From Thermoplasmata archaeon (GTDB lineage Archaea; Thermoplasmatota; Thermoplasmata; Halarchaeoplasmatales; Halarchaeoplasmataceae): a stretch of 64,000 nucleotides of DNA. The position numbers and the translations under genes are program-made. The stretch spans positions 12,513 to 76,512 of the forward strand of contig PUNK01000015.1 in the NCBI GenBank assembly GCA_003552585.1, read 5' to 3'. Below are positions 1-10,520 of the stretch, piece by piece. Numbering within the stretch: position 1 is the stretch's first letter; every line of letters begins with the position of its first letter. The notes below the pieces were generated by a model, which ran no database searches, was not told the origin of the DNA, and saw only the letters and a program-made list of their open reading frames with translations.

Positions 1-1663
1 CGGAGATCAAGCTATCAGCTGGTAGTAAAGTATCATTGTAATAAGGAACAAAAAAGGCATCTGGAAGGGGCTGACCTCCGTCACTCAAAATTAGAACATC
101 TAAATGATAAACCTCGGTGTTGATCGAATGATCTATATTATCCCAATCTATAGCAATTTCAACAACGCCAACTTCTCTTCCCTTCCACCAAACTTCTATA
201 CTATACAAGCCCTCTGGTGTTTGATCTAAAGAGAATGTTCCATCTTCTTTTGTGTTTAGAGGGGGATGTGATGTGGTTCCATTTGGATGGGTTATGTAAA
301 TACTCGCTTCTTCGATCGGTTCATCTTCTGCGTCTAAAATTGTAATGATTGAGTAAAATATAGCCGCTTTGACCTCAAATGGATCATCACGAGGTCTGCT
401 ACCAACTTCACCAACGTCTAAAGTTCTATTGGTCGTTACTTCTGAGTCCTCCCAAAATACACTGATATTATAAGTAACATTCGCGACGGTAAAGTTTGCT
501 ATACCTTCTGAATCAGTCACCCTGCTATCAATTATGGTATGGGGACCTAATTTGAGATTGATCTTGGTATCTTCCAAAGGAATCCCTAGATCATCCACTA
601 CTCTCATATTAACATAAAAATCTAGATCTCCGATCAGGAATGAATGGTATCCATAAACATCGTGACCTCCAAACTGGTTGGTTGAGTGCCATTCTATTAT
701 ACCATTATTATCCACACCTCGAACTGAGACTTGATATACACCCTCAGGTTCTCCGCTATAATTCCAGGATATTTTATACCCGCTTTCATAAGAATTGAAT
801 TCACCGTAAGTTTTTTCCATCGTAATATTGTCCAGCTTCAACTCTTCATCCGGACCTTCCAGGGTGAGATTCACCCAATTTATATCATATCCGCCAAATG
901 GATTCGTTAAATTGGCATGGATCGTTATATTCTTATCTAGAGCTTCGGGATGAAATACATCGGTCACATTGCCCTCACTATCTTTCGTGTATACATCAGA
1001 AACTTGTATATAGTCCAAACACGGGAGAGTCACGTTCGTATCAGCCATGAAGGGGTCTTCCCCTTCATCCTCTATGTAACCACCATAAGCGATCTCATAT
1101 TGTCTAAAGGCATCACCCCATATATCTAGTGTAACCATCAATGTAGATCCCTCCGATGCGGTATGATTGTCTATGCTGATAGGGACCTCATGGATACTCC
1201 ATTCAGTCTCCACATATGTCCTAATCTCATCTTCACCTACGATGTGTTTTTCACCATCAGGACCTATTTCAGTTAGTCTGTAAGTCATGTCTACATTACC
1301 TCCTTGGGGAGATCTCGCCCATACAGTCAAAGAGGATGGTCCATCAAGGGTAAGTTCGCCGGCTAAAGTGGGAAAAAGATGCCAATCAACAAGTACTCTA
1401 AAATAACTAAGATCGGTTATATTTCCGGTTCCAACTGGGTAAGTGCTGTTGATCATCTCTTTTGTTGTCCTGTATCCTACGTCCACAGCGTCCTCTACCC
1501 TACTCATGTAAAATGTTTTGTTCTTGAATTCACTATATTCAGATGTTTCGCTATTTTCGTGCAAAACACTGTTATCCTCAGTATTTTCACCTACGGAGAT
1601 AGGAGAAAATGTTCCAAATACAAGCATTATAAAAAGGACAAGGATCGCTAGCTTTTTCATCAT
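1..1663 (-). CDS. Large secreted cell-surface protein, 5'-partial (continues beyond window start). N-terminal signal peptide MMKKLAILVLFIMLVFG, then repeated beta-sandwich (carboxypeptidase-regulatory-like / Ig-like) domains.
   Basis: Manual minus-strand translation gives a continuous ORF from ATGATG at 1658-1663 to position 1. Contains repeated motifs such as VTDSEGIANFTVANVTYNISVFWED and EDGTFSLDQTPEGLYSIEVWWKG. It is missing from the ORF track because it runs off the window. Confidence 0.55.
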   Translation of the reverse strand, partial: MMKKLAILVLFIMLVFGTFSPISVGENTEDNSVLHENSETSEYSEFKNKTFYMSRVEDAVDVGYRTTKEMINSTYPVGTGNITDLSYFRVLVDWHLFPTLAGELTLDGPSSLTVWARSPQGGNVDMTYRLTEIGPDGEKHIVGEDEIRTYVETEWSIHEVPISIDNHTASEGSTLMVTLDIWGDAFRQYEIAYGGYIEDEGEDPFMADTNVTLPCLDYIQVSDVYTKDSEGNVTDVFHPEALDKNITIHANLTNPFGGYDINWVNLTLEGPDEELKLDNITMEKTYGEFNSYESGYKISWNYSGEPEGVYQVSVRGVDNNGIIEWHSTNQFGGHDVYGYHSFLIGDLDFYVNMRVVDDLGIPLEDTKINLKLGPHTIIDSRVTDSEGIANFTVANVTYNISVFWEDSEVTTNRTLDVGEVGSRPRDDPFEVKAAIFYSIITILDAEDEPIEEASIYITHPNGTTSHPPLNTKEDGTFSLDQTPEGLYSIEVWWKGREVGVVEIAIDWDNIDHSINTEVYHLDVLILSDGGQPLPDAFFVPYYNDTLLPADSLIS

Positions 1664-1756
1664 TCTATACACCTGTTCTAAAAAAGCGCCAAGTAAAATA
1701 TAAAATGAATTTGGTACAAGAAACGAATCAATATAGTACAACTATCGAACAGTTAT

Positions 1757-3079
1757 CTATCGTTTCCAAGGTGGTCTCTTATCCATAAATTTACTCAATA
1801 CTGCTGGATACTTTTCAGCTATATCCCCATCTTCAACTATCATTAAATCATCCAAGAAATAATCGTTTAGATCACTGCCTAGGTCTAATTTCTTTACCGC
1901 TTTCCTGATCGCTTGTTTTGCAGTTCTTACTAGCCTTTTTTTATCAACCATCAACCTACCATCTTCGATATAGACTCTTTCACTGTATTTTTTTTCGAAT
2001 GCAGACGTGTGTGGATTCCCAATAGGGGGACCTTGGTGTTTTTTTATTGAAGGTAAACATGCATGTTCCAACTCAAATAACAAGTGAATACTGTTATCAT
2101 TAACCATATAATCGTCGTGGATAATTGAAAAGTTCTTTCTCGCCATATATCTCCTCAAAGCCTTATGAGCTTTCTGCACCTGGGGATACAGATTATCTTC
2201 GACGATATCAGGCCGGAGGATCAAAATGTCTAAAAAACTAGTTCCTCTGGAATCGATCTTATCGTTTAGTTCTCCAACATCGAGCACATCTATAGGATTA
2301 GGGAAAAAGAACTTTATGTCTGGTTTCTTAGAATATGATTTTGAAGCAAATACAAACAGATCAAAGTTATACTCTGAAAGTGCTGATGCTACATTTCTTT
2401 TTGGATCGACTGGGTCAACTACGATGAGAGGGGCATCGAAAGTACTTTGAATTTGTTCAACTTCTATTATTTCTCCCTTTTTCCAGTCTCCAGCGGCTTT
2501 AAGAAGTGAATTAAAATCACCATATTTCAAGATGAGCAACTCACATAAATATCCGGAAAAACCCTGTACCCTGTTCTCTGCACTGTATGCTCCTATGCCT
2601 TTCAAAAATGCTTTCAGTAGGATAACTTCATCCCTTTGTTCTTCATCGAGATTATTAATCATATACTCTGTGTGTAAAGGAGTCCTATCGACTGAGGATT
2701 TCATCTCATCTATATCCTTAACATCAAAACAAGGAACAATATCCACCCGGTATCCTTTGAATTTTCCATGGACGTAAGGATGCTCTGCATACTTTTCTTC
2801 AGTTTCATCAAGTACATGCCTTCCTACTCGGAGACCTATCTTTTCCAGATCCTCCAATGAAGAACTTTCAGGAAACAGTATGAAAATGTCTATGTCAGGT
2901 TTTTTGAGGAAGGTTTTCTTGGGTACCGAGCCCACCAGTAAAGGGCGATATCTACCTTTAGAAATTGTTTCCATTTTTTCTTTTAACTCTTCAGCCGCCT
3001 GATTAACTTCGGATATCTCCTCCCTATCGGGCTTAACCTTCCTTAAAACCTCCGACTCTATCTCCGGATACATCATCAC
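1757..3079 (-). CDS. cca: Archaeal class I CCA-adding tRNA nucleotidyltransferase
   Basis: Motifs LLVGSVPKKTFL..DIDIFILFP, YAEHPYVHG, VDRTPLHTEY and RVQGFSGYLCELLI align along the whole length with archaeal Cca. Length is 440 aa. Confidence 0.88.
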   Translation of the reverse strand: MMMYPEIESEVLRKVKPDREEISEVNQAAEELKEKMETISKGRYRPLLVGSVPKKTFLKKPDIDIFILFPESSSLEDLEKIGLRVGRHVLDETEEKYAEHPYVHGKFKGYRVDIVPCFDVKDIDEMKSSVDRTPLHTEYMINNLDEEQRDEVILLKAFLKGIGAYSAENRVQGFSGYLCELLILKYGDFNSLLKAAGDWKKGEIIEVEQIQSTFDAPLIVVDPVDPKRNVASALSEYNFDLFVFASKSYSKKPDIKFFFPNPIDVLDVGELNDKIDSRGTSFLDILILRPDIVEDNLYPQVQKAHKALRRYMARKNFSIIHDDYMVNDNSIHLLFELEHACLPSIKKHQGPPIGNPHTSAFEKKYSERVYIEDGRLMVDKKRLVRTAKQAIRKAVKKLDLGSDLNDYFLDDLMIVEDGDIAEKYPAVLSKFMDKRPPWKR

Positions 3080-3177
3080 TATGTAATCTGCGGGAGTCTA
3101 ATAAAGGTTATCAGGACTAGACCTAATTTTAAACTATCTAAAGTTTTGGACCTAGGTGTAAGATGTGGTACCTACGA

Positions 3178-4971
3178 TCACGATTTTTTATTCCCAATAT
3201 AAGCAACGACCCAAATGGATAAAAGCAAAAAAGCGATTAGATAACTCCTACTTGATATTGGGGGTTCGTATGTTCCTTCAGGGATAATTTGTTCTCCGTC
3301 ATATATCGTATCTGGTTCTTCGTCAGGTGCCTCCTCAAGAGTAAGGGTGTAGATTCCATAATCACCTTCAAGCTCAGCCAAACCGTTATTAGGTGCATAG
3401 ATCCCCACATAATATTCACCAGGGGCTAATATTACTTCATCGTCCATGATGTGAAGGCTAGGATTCTGGAAGGGATATCCTTCTGTAGTTATTGGAATCG
3501 TTGGATAAGTTTCCTTTCCCACGTGAATACTCGCATTAAGATGCCTAGAAGATTCTAGGGATAAACGCGAATTGACACTCACCTCAACCCTATAAAGATC
3601 TCCAGCACCCCTTCCCTTATATTTGGTGAGTGTTCCATAATTCATTTCGTGTTCCTCTTCCGACAGATAGTACCTTGAAACATCCTTAAGTGAACCATCT
3701 TCTCCCATCACAATGACATGTCCGAATTCGTATCGATCGAAAAAAAGCTCTTCTGCTACTCTCCGATAATTGTGTCGTGATGTGAAGCACTCTCCTAAAG
3801 GCATCCAAAATATGGGTTCTTCGACATACCATTCCGCATTCCATTCATCAGCATCGAAAACATACCATCCTCCCGGGTTTTCAGCCCAATCTTTTTGATA
3901 AAGTGACTCCTCTAACCACACTTCAACCATGAAGTGGCCCATCAATTCGACCCCCTCTGCAGGGTGAATAGACGCAACTCTAGCAGGGATTCCGATAGAC
4001 CTAAGCAATGATGTTAAAGCCCATGATGTTTCGTCACACCAGCCGTTGATCAATTTAGACTTTTCAGTTTGATCGTAATTTTCAATTTCGGGAATCGTTT
4101 TACCGTTTTGAGATAATATTTCAGCATCTTCTAATGTGAGTCCCACATATTCGTAACTCTCCTGATGGATAACCGTCGTTCCATTACCAAATAAAATCTG
4201 AGAAGAATCTCTTATGATCGGTTGTTGATCAAAATCACTAGGACTTGCTATGTTCCTTTGTGCCACTACCCTATTTAAACGAACTGCGGCTTCCTGAGTA
4301 TCCTCTGACCCAGCTACTGCAGCCAAAGCAAATTCGTACATATCTACCCAACCGGGCCTATCATCGCCAAAAGGTCTTAAAGTGCCTTCATACGCCTGGT
4401 GGCCAGTTGTGTAAATATAATCATTTTCGTCTCTAGTCCCTTCCTCATCATAAGCGTATGCCCTCAGCTTTTCTTCAGCTATCCCCATATTAGCTGGATC
4501 AAAAATAACAAGTATATCGATCTCAGTTTGATTACCACGATTATTGGTTATAAAGGTATATCTCCCAACATCTGCGTGATCAGGTATGTCAACTATCCAG
4601 CCCCAGTTCTCCCTCTCTATACTCAATTCAGTCATATCATCACTGGCTGGAATTATCTCGCTATCCTCCCCATCACCGTATATCTCCAACTCAGTTCCCC
4701 TCCTGATCACTGCATGGGAAGTAGCTACAGTTATTTTATCTCCATCATTAGTAGGGACATTTTCCCAGCAGTTATATTTTATCGTCATGTATTCTTCCAT
4801 ATATGGGATGTAGACGGGAAATTGTTCTTTGGGTTCTTCGGTGATAGTAGAAAATTCTTCCGATATTACGATATCATTAGAAGAAGATAGGGGATGAGAC
4901 AAAGAAAAAAAGGATATTAATATAACAAGTAATATCAGTCCCTTGACAACACGTTGGGTTTTTCGAAACAT
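3178..4971 (-). CDS. Secreted, membrane-anchored transglutaminase-like cysteine protease domain protein
   Basis: N-terminal signal/TM segment and C-terminal TM anchor. Core GWCDETSWALTSLLRSIGIPARVA...H..VEVW resembles the transglutaminase-like Cys-His-Asp fold. Confidence 0.5.
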   Translation of the reverse strand: MFRKTQRVVKGLILLVILISFFSLSHPLSSSNDIVISEEFSTITEEPKEQFPVYIPYMEEYMTIKYNCWENVPTNDGDKITVATSHAVIRRGTELEIYGDGEDSEIIPASDDMTELSIERENWGWIVDIPDHADVGRYTFITNNRGNQTEIDILVIFDPANMGIAEEKLRAYAYDEEGTRDENDYIYTTGHQAYEGTLRPFGDDRPGWVDMYEFALAAVAGSEDTQEAAVRLNRVVAQRNIASPSDFDQQPIIRDSSQILFGNGTTVIHQESYEYVGLTLEDAEILSQNGKTIPEIENYDQTEKSKLINGWCDETSWALTSLLRSIGIPARVASIHPAEGVELMGHFMVEVWLEESLYQKDWAENPGGWYVFDADEWNAEWYVEEPIFWMPLGECFTSRHNYRRVAEELFFDRYEFGHVIVMGEDGSLKDVSRYYLSEEEHEMNYGTLTKYKGRGAGDLYRVEVSVNSRLSLESSRHLNASIHVGKETYPTIPITTEGYPFQNPSLHIMDDEVILAPGEYYVGIYAPNNGLAELEGDYGIYTLTLEEAPDEEPDTIYDGEQIIPEGTYEPPISSRSYLIAFLLLSIWVVAYIGNKKS

Positions 4972-5022
4972 CTTTCTATTAACTAGGTTGGTTGAATAAA
5001 TAATTTATGAATTCATGCGAAA

Positions 5023-6795
5023 ATGAAATATACCATTGTACTCAATGATTCGTTAATGGCAGAAAATGAAAAAATAAAATGGCCATTGATAAATTCTATA
5101 AAGGGCATGATATTTCAAGCAGTAGAATTCTTTGAAAAGAAGAAATTCACCCCTTTAACAGCTTTTATCTTTTTAGTTATCTTAGGCATAATAAGATCGG
5201 TGACCGAATCTATATGGTTTGAATACCGTGTTTTTTCCTTGTATCTCATAGTTCAGCACACCGCTTTTAATTTTCCAGTATTAGTGATGGGGGTTCTTAT
5301 TTTATCAATAGCTAGTAAAACCTCTCTAATCAAAGTTTACAACGCGGTCCTTCTAGGCTTCGTGTTGGTCATAATGCCGCCTTTTATGGATTATTTTGTT
5401 TTAGGGCAGTACGGTGCTGAGTACAGTCATCTATATGCATATTACGCTGCTGAATTTTCTTTCATCGATAAAATTCCGGGTATAAATCCCATAATTATGC
5501 TTACCTCAGAAGAGATCAGTGCAGGTCTTAGGAGGATGGTTCTATCTATAATGACATTCAGTGCTTTTTACATCGCAATTAAGATTGAAATATGGGACTT
5601 GTTCACTTCCACCTCTAAAAAGATTTGGCATAAAATTCTGAAAAAATTTTCTGCTCTCTATTTTGGGGTGTTTGGGATTTGGTTGGTAGTTTGGTTCATA
5701 AGCAACATCGTTCCTTCTGTTATAAGTATGGAAGAAAAAGGAATAGTAGTTATGGATTATTTTGTATTTAGGCCTTATAGCAAATATTATGTTTTTATGC
5801 TGGAGCATGGATATACGGAAACAGAAGTATTTTCAGAGGAAGGATTTAACATGGCTTACAGCCTTTTATTACAACAGCGTTCTTTGTTCGTCACAATGTT
5901 TTTCTTTTTACTCACAATAACAATGATCCTATTATCCCTTTATATTTTACATAGGACTTTTTTGAAAAAAACACTAGCATCTTTAAAAGTACCATTACTT
6001 ATTTCTACCACTTTTTCTGCACTGCTAGGCTCTTCTGTAATTCATCTGATTGATCCCGATTTTAGCCAAGGATTAGCTCTAGATCCATCCTATGTGCTTC
6101 ATTTTCCATACATTTTTTACATCGCTATCATGGGATTTTTCTTGGGCTGTTTTGGTTCTTACATCATTCAATTCAAAAACGAAGAACGTATAATTTCTAA
6201 ATATAAGGCCAAACAAATGGCCATCATTTCTCTATTAGGGGGAGGTTCCTTCGCATTCCTAATGGGACCTTTTAGAGCACTACCTATTTTTTTAATTTGT
6301 GCTGGCTTGATCTATCTTGCTTTTAAAGATGGTGAATACATTTTTAACTTTGGAAGATCAGCTCTATTTTCTTTAGCTTGTATGTTGTCTTTCTTTATTG
6401 GTGTTAATACTCCAGATGTCTGGAGACTTACTGTAATTGACCATGGTAGTGTAGGTACACTTACTCTAGCTAGAAATCCTCAATTAACCGGAGAGATTCT
6501 TGGTCTAGCATTGGTCATTTTCACAGTTGTATTTTTGATAACGTACCTACCGACCCTACTTGAAAAGTTGAACATGTCTCACGAATTCCCTGTTTCTTTG
6601 GTATTTCTTCCTATCTTTTTCATACCCCTCTTATTTTATTGGACTCTTGGGTTACTCACAGTAATCGGCTCGTTGGGGGTAATAACTTCAATTCTTTACA
6701 ATAAAGAACTTCATCTCTTTCCCCTGAGCACATTGATGATAGGGATGAGTTACTTGATTCTAGAGTTGTACGGTCTAGCCCCCTCAATTTTATAA
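5023..6795 (+). CDS. Polytopic integral membrane protein of unknown function (more than 12 predicted TM segments)
   Basis: 590 aa, almost entirely hydrophobic helices. No recognisable catalytic motif. Confidence 0.45.
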   Translation: MKYTIVLNDSLMAENEKIKWPLINSIKGMIFQAVEFFEKKKFTPLTAFIFLVILGIIRSVTESIWFEYRVFSLYLIVQHTAFNFPVLVMGVLILSIASKTSLIKVYNAVLLGFVLVIMPPFMDYFVLGQYGAEYSHLYAYYAAEFSFIDKIPGINPIIMLTSEEISAGLRRMVLSIMTFSAFYIAIKIEIWDLFTSTSKKIWHKILKKFSALYFGVFGIWLVVWFISNIVPSVISMEEKGIVVMDYFVFRPYSKYYVFMLEHGYTETEVFSEEGFNMAYSLLLQQRSLFVTMFFFLLTITMILLSLYILHRTFLKKTLASLKVPLLISTTFSALLGSSVIHLIDPDFSQGLALDPSYVLHFPYIFYIAIMGFFLGCFGSYIIQFKNEERIISKYKAKQMAIISLLGGGSFAFLMGPFRALPIFLICAGLIYLAFKDGEYIFNFGRSALFSLACMLSFFIGVNTPDVWRLTVIDHGSVGTLTLARNPQLTGEILGLALVIFTVVFLITYLPTLLEKLNMSHEFPVSLVFLPIFFIPLLFYWTLGLLTVIGSLGVITSILYNKELHLFPLSTLMIGMSYLILELYGLAPSIL

Positions 6796-6858
6796 CTATT
6801 GCACATATATGCAACAATAAGACATATATATGAGTAATCTTAGTCGGCCGCCGGTAAG

Positions 6859-7296
6859 ATGAAAAGATTGAAAACAAAACACATGGACGAAAGTGGAGCA
6901 CTAGAAGGATTGCCTCTATATCTGATCATACTTGTAACGGTGGCAGGTATCGGAACAGCCATTGTAGTTGGTTGGATGATGGGAGCATCTTCAACCGAAT
7001 TAGGAAGAATAGAGATAGATGAAGACGATAGGTTAATTACCACACAAAGTGGCCAAACTCTTAGGATTAGAGCTTATGACCAGGATGACAATTCCCTAGA
7101 AGGAGCTGTTGTCAGTCTTGAGGGTTGTGAAATTACCGAAATCAAAGAAACTGGTTCTGATGGAGAAGCTACGTTTTCCAATGTAAACCCACATCTTCCT
7201 TCAAACACAAATTTTGGAACTATCAAGGTCACGGTAACATACACTGGCAGTGTAACAACTACTAGAACTGCGCAAATTTCAGTTCAACACAGTTGA
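6859..7296 (+). CDS. Small membrane-anchored protein with a pilin-like N-terminal hydrophobic segment and a C-terminal Ig-like/CarbopepD_reg-like beta domain
   Basis: N-terminus KRLKTKHMDESGALEGLPLYLIILVTVAGIGTAIVVGW, C-terminus AVVSLEGCEITEIKETGSDGEATFSNV..GTIKVTVTYTG. The stop overlaps the start of the downstream ATPase (ATGA). Confidence 0.4.
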   Translation: MKRLKTKHMDESGALEGLPLYLIILVTVAGIGTAIVVGWMMGASSTELGRIEIDEDDRLITTQSGQTLRIRAYDQDDNSLEGAVVSLEGCEITEIKETGSDGEATFSNVNPHLPSNTNFGTIKVTVTYTGSVTTTRTAQISVQHS

Positions 7297-8618
7297 TGAC
7301 AAAGGATTGGAACATGGATCTAGATACAATCGTAGGACGTTCAACATCATCGGCATCTCTATTCGGAAATGAAGGATGTTGTTATCTGGGCAGGAATGTT
7401 TCCTATCCTGGTGGTGAATACGAAGAGATGGGGAGTACATTCTTAGATATAGTATCACCCCATTGTATGCTCGTCCTTGGTAAACGTGGGACGGGAAAAT
7501 CTTATACATTAGGTGTACTAGCAGAGGGTTTTCTAGAACTTGAGAAAGGATGTTCAGAAAAGATAGCAGTGGTTATCGTAGACACTATGAGTGTATTTCA
7601 CAGCCTTAAAACTGCCAACTTCAATAAAAATGAATTGAAGATCATGGAGAGATTTGGAATAGAACCGAATGCTCATCCCGAAAAGGTAAATATACTCGTA
7701 CCTGAAGCTGCAGTAAAAGATGCTAAAAATGAAGGAAAGGAATTTCATTACGATGGTATTCTGAAGCTTCGGTTGGCCTCCGTGGAGGTTCACGATTGGC
7801 TTAAAATTTTTGACCTATCAATAACAGAACCTGTAGGTTCTTTGTTATGCCAGACTATAAGTAGTTTAAAAAATTTGGGTCCCTTTTCTTTTCAGGAGTT
7901 ATACAAGGAAATAGAGCAATTTGATGCTGAAGATACGCATCTTCGTTCTTTGAAGGGTTTGTTCAAGATGGTAGAAGAACTCAATATATTTTCAAAAGAA
8001 GGATCTAAATTACAAATTGCTCAAGCTGGAAAAGTGACCGTTCTAGACATATCATATCTTGGTAGGTTAGGCAGTTATGACCTGAGAAGCCTTGTAGTAG
8101 GCCTATTTGCAAGGAAAAAGATGGCAGAAAGAACGTTGTATGCATCTGTAGAGATGCAGTCACAGGCAGGATTGGTAGAATCAGACAGCTCTTCGGATAT
8201 CACTCAAAGTCATCCTCTGATCTACATGTTTATAGACGAAGCTCATCTCTTTTTACCATCAAAAGATGAAACTATGGCTTCATCACCTCTTATGGACTGG
8301 ATTAAACTTGGAAGGCACCCGGGCCTCTCTCTAATCCTAGCAACTCAGGAACCTTCCGCCCTCCACCCAAGTGCGATCCGTCAATCCGATTTTATTCTTT
8401 CACATAACCTTACAGCAAAGGATGATGTAGAGGCACTGGGGAAGGCAACTCAATCATATATGTCTGAAGGCATCGATAAAATGGTAAGCCAGATGGAGTT
8501 TAGAAGAGGACTTGCTCTTCTTTTCGATGATAAAACGAGAAGTACACAGTATTGTATGGTAAGGCCAAGAAGAACTTTACACACTGGCGTAGATGCATCT
8601 GCCTTACCAGAGAAGTGA
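7293..8618 (+). CDS. HerA/FtsK-superfamily P-loop ATPase (DUF87-like)
   Basis: Walker A LVLGKRGTGKSYTLGVLAEG and Walker B LIYMFIDEAHLFLP, then LILATQEPSAL. 441 aa. Translationally coupled to the upstream membrane protein. Confidence 0.6.
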   Translation: MMTKDWNMDLDTIVGRSTSSASLFGNEGCCYLGRNVSYPGGEYEEMGSTFLDIVSPHCMLVLGKRGTGKSYTLGVLAEGFLELEKGCSEKIAVVIVDTMSVFHSLKTANFNKNELKIMERFGIEPNAHPEKVNILVPEAAVKDAKNEGKEFHYDGILKLRLASVEVHDWLKIFDLSITEPVGSLLCQTISSLKNLGPFSFQELYKEIEQFDAEDTHLRSLKGLFKMVEELNIFSKEGSKLQIAQAGKVTVLDISYLGRLGSYDLRSLVVGLFARKKMAERTLYASVEMQSQAGLVESDSSSDITQSHPLIYMFIDEAHLFLPSKDETMASSPLMDWIKLGRHPGLSLILATQEPSALHPSAIRQSDFILSHNLTAKDDVEALGKATQSYMSEGIDKMVSQMEFRRGLALLFDDKTRSTQYCMVRPRRTLHTGVDASALPEK

Positions 8619-8718
8619 CCCTTTAGATGAAATAACATCATAATACTAACAGGTTATATGTTAAAGGGAAGTGTAATACACACCAATAATAAAATACCTC
8701 TTTGCGATATAACCATAC

Positions 8719-9498
8719 ATGAGATTACTGCGTGATAAAAAATCTTTAACGAAGTTCCTTCTACTCTATAAAATGGCTACAGATGAGCCTACCAGGCTCA
8801 TAGAACTTGCAGATAGTTTGGATATGAGTGAGCAAGCAGTATCCAATTATGTATCTACTATGGAGGAAGAAAATCTAATCAATACGGGCGGGAAAAGATA
8901 TAAGCCTACACATAAGGGCATGGACTTTATAGAAGAAATCTTCTCTAAGCTAGGAGACTTTTTAGAGAGCGCTAGTAAAACTATAGATGTCATATCCACG
9001 TGCGCAGCAATAGCGGGGGAACCTATACGTAAAAATGACAAAGTTGGTCTTTTCATGAGAGATGGATTCCTACATGCCTCCAATAAAAAAACGTCGTCGA
9101 TCGGCATTGCACTCAATGATGCGGATACTGGGGAACCATTGCTTGTTGGATATCTCCAAGGTATAACCGAGATGGATGTTGGATGCATTTTTCTTATCTC
9201 TGTTGCCCAGAAGAATGAGGTAGAGGAGATCACTAGAGACCTAAAACAGAAATTGGATTCGATAGAATATGATATACTGACAGTAGAAGAAGAATGGACT
9301 CTTGGATTAGCTAACATGATAGATGCGGATGCCAATATAAAATTCGCGCCTATTTCAGCTTCATTAAGAGCTGCAGAAAAAGGACTTGATGTAGCCTTTA
9401 TCCTTACAGAAAACAGTTTGGAAAGAACCATATCCACAATAAGCAGATGGAACAGTGGATGTGCTGAGAAATATCACATAAATTACAAGATAGTTTAA
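8719..9498 (+). CDS. Winged-helix transcriptional regulator with an uncharacterised C-terminal domain
   Basis: N-terminal wHTH-like region (TRLIELADSLDMSEQAVSNYVSTMEEENLI). The C-terminal 170 aa has no recognised motif. Confidence 0.4.
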   Translation: MRLLRDKKSLTKFLLLYKMATDEPTRLIELADSLDMSEQAVSNYVSTMEEENLINTGGKRYKPTHKGMDFIEEIFSKLGDFLESASKTIDVISTCAAIAGEPIRKNDKVGLFMRDGFLHASNKKTSSIGIALNDADTGEPLLVGYLQGITEMDVGCIFLISVAQKNEVEEITRDLKQKLDSIEYDILTVEEEWTLGLANMIDADANIKFAPISASLRAAEKGLDVAFILTENSLERTISTISRWNSGCAEKYHINYKIV

Positions 9499-10505
9499 TA
9501 AATGATGGGGATTTCTCTACCACAGTTAGGACATCTTCCGTCATCCAATTTCAGTTCACCCGAAGAAAAATATCCTCTTTTTAAAAGAGTATGATGACAT
9601 TTAGGGCAATATAGGTTGTTGTTAGACGGAAGATTTCCAAGATAAACGAAATTGAGTCCAGCATCCCGTGCGATATCCTTAGCTCGAGACATCTTATGTT
9701 CGGGAGTTGGAGATAGATGTGACATTTTATGATGAGGGTGAAAACGAGAAAAATGTACAACAGTGTCATCGCTTAATTCTCTTCTAACCCATTCACTGAA
9801 ATCCCTTATCTCCTCAGATCCATCGTTATGTCCCGGCACCACGAGATATGTCAGTTCAACATGAATGCCGAGATCAAAGGCTATTTTGCAAGTCTTTAGA
9901 ACAGGTTCCAATTTGCCACCAACAACAGCCCTGTAAAATTCTGATCTAAATGCCTTAACATCTATGTTCATAGCATCTAGGTAAGGAGATATTTCTTGTA
10001 ATGGTGCTTCCTGCATGTATCCGTTTGTAACATAAACAGTGTAACCTCCTTTTCTTTTTTTCAAATTCTTAAAGACATCATAGCTAAATTCGTAAGACAT
10101 GGTGGGTTCATTGTATGTCCATGCCAAACCGTCATATTTGAGAGCAGCATCCACTACCTCATTTACAGAAACATTCTTCAAATATATGCTATCTGACTGT
10201 CCCTGGGATAAAGAAACATTTTGACAAAAAAGGCAACTAAAGTTACATCCGACTGTCCCGAACGAGAGTACCTGTGTGCCAGGATAAAAATGATAGAGCG
10301 GTTTTTTTTCTATGGGGTCCACTGCCAAAGAGCCTGCTCTCCCATAAACCAGTGTGTAAAGTTTACCATTATTGTTTTCTCTCACACCACATATACCTTT
10401 CTTACCTTTATTTATTTTGCATTTGTGCGCACAGAGTTTGCAAATAACCTGTTCATAATCTCCTGCATCCCAGAAACGAGCTTCTTTCATCTCCAAATTA
10501 TTCAC
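9495..10505 (-). CDS. amrS: AmmeMemoRadiSam-system radical SAM enzyme
   Basis: CKLCAHKCKI..GICGVRENNNGKLYTLVYGR..VDPIEKKPLYHFYPGTQVLSFGTVGCNFSCLFCQN is a near-consensus match, including the CX3CX2C cluster. Confidence 0.82.
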   Translation of the reverse strand: MNNLEMKEARFWDAGDYEQVICKLCAHKCKINKGKKGICGVRENNNGKLYTLVYGRAGSLAVDPIEKKPLYHFYPGTQVLSFGTVGCNFSCLFCQNVSLSQGQSDSIYLKNVSVNEVVDAALKYDGLAWTYNEPTMSYEFSYDVFKNLKKRKGGYTVYVTNGYMQEAPLQEISPYLDAMNIDVKAFRSEFYRAVVGGKLEPVLKTCKIAFDLGIHVELTYLVVPGHNDGSEEIRDFSEWVRRELSDDTVVHFSRFHPHHKMSHLSPTPEHKMSRAKDIARDAGLNFVYLGNLPSNNNLYCPKCHHTLLKRGYFSSGELKLDDGRCPNCGREIPIIY

Positions 10506-10520
10506 CTTTTTGATTAAACT

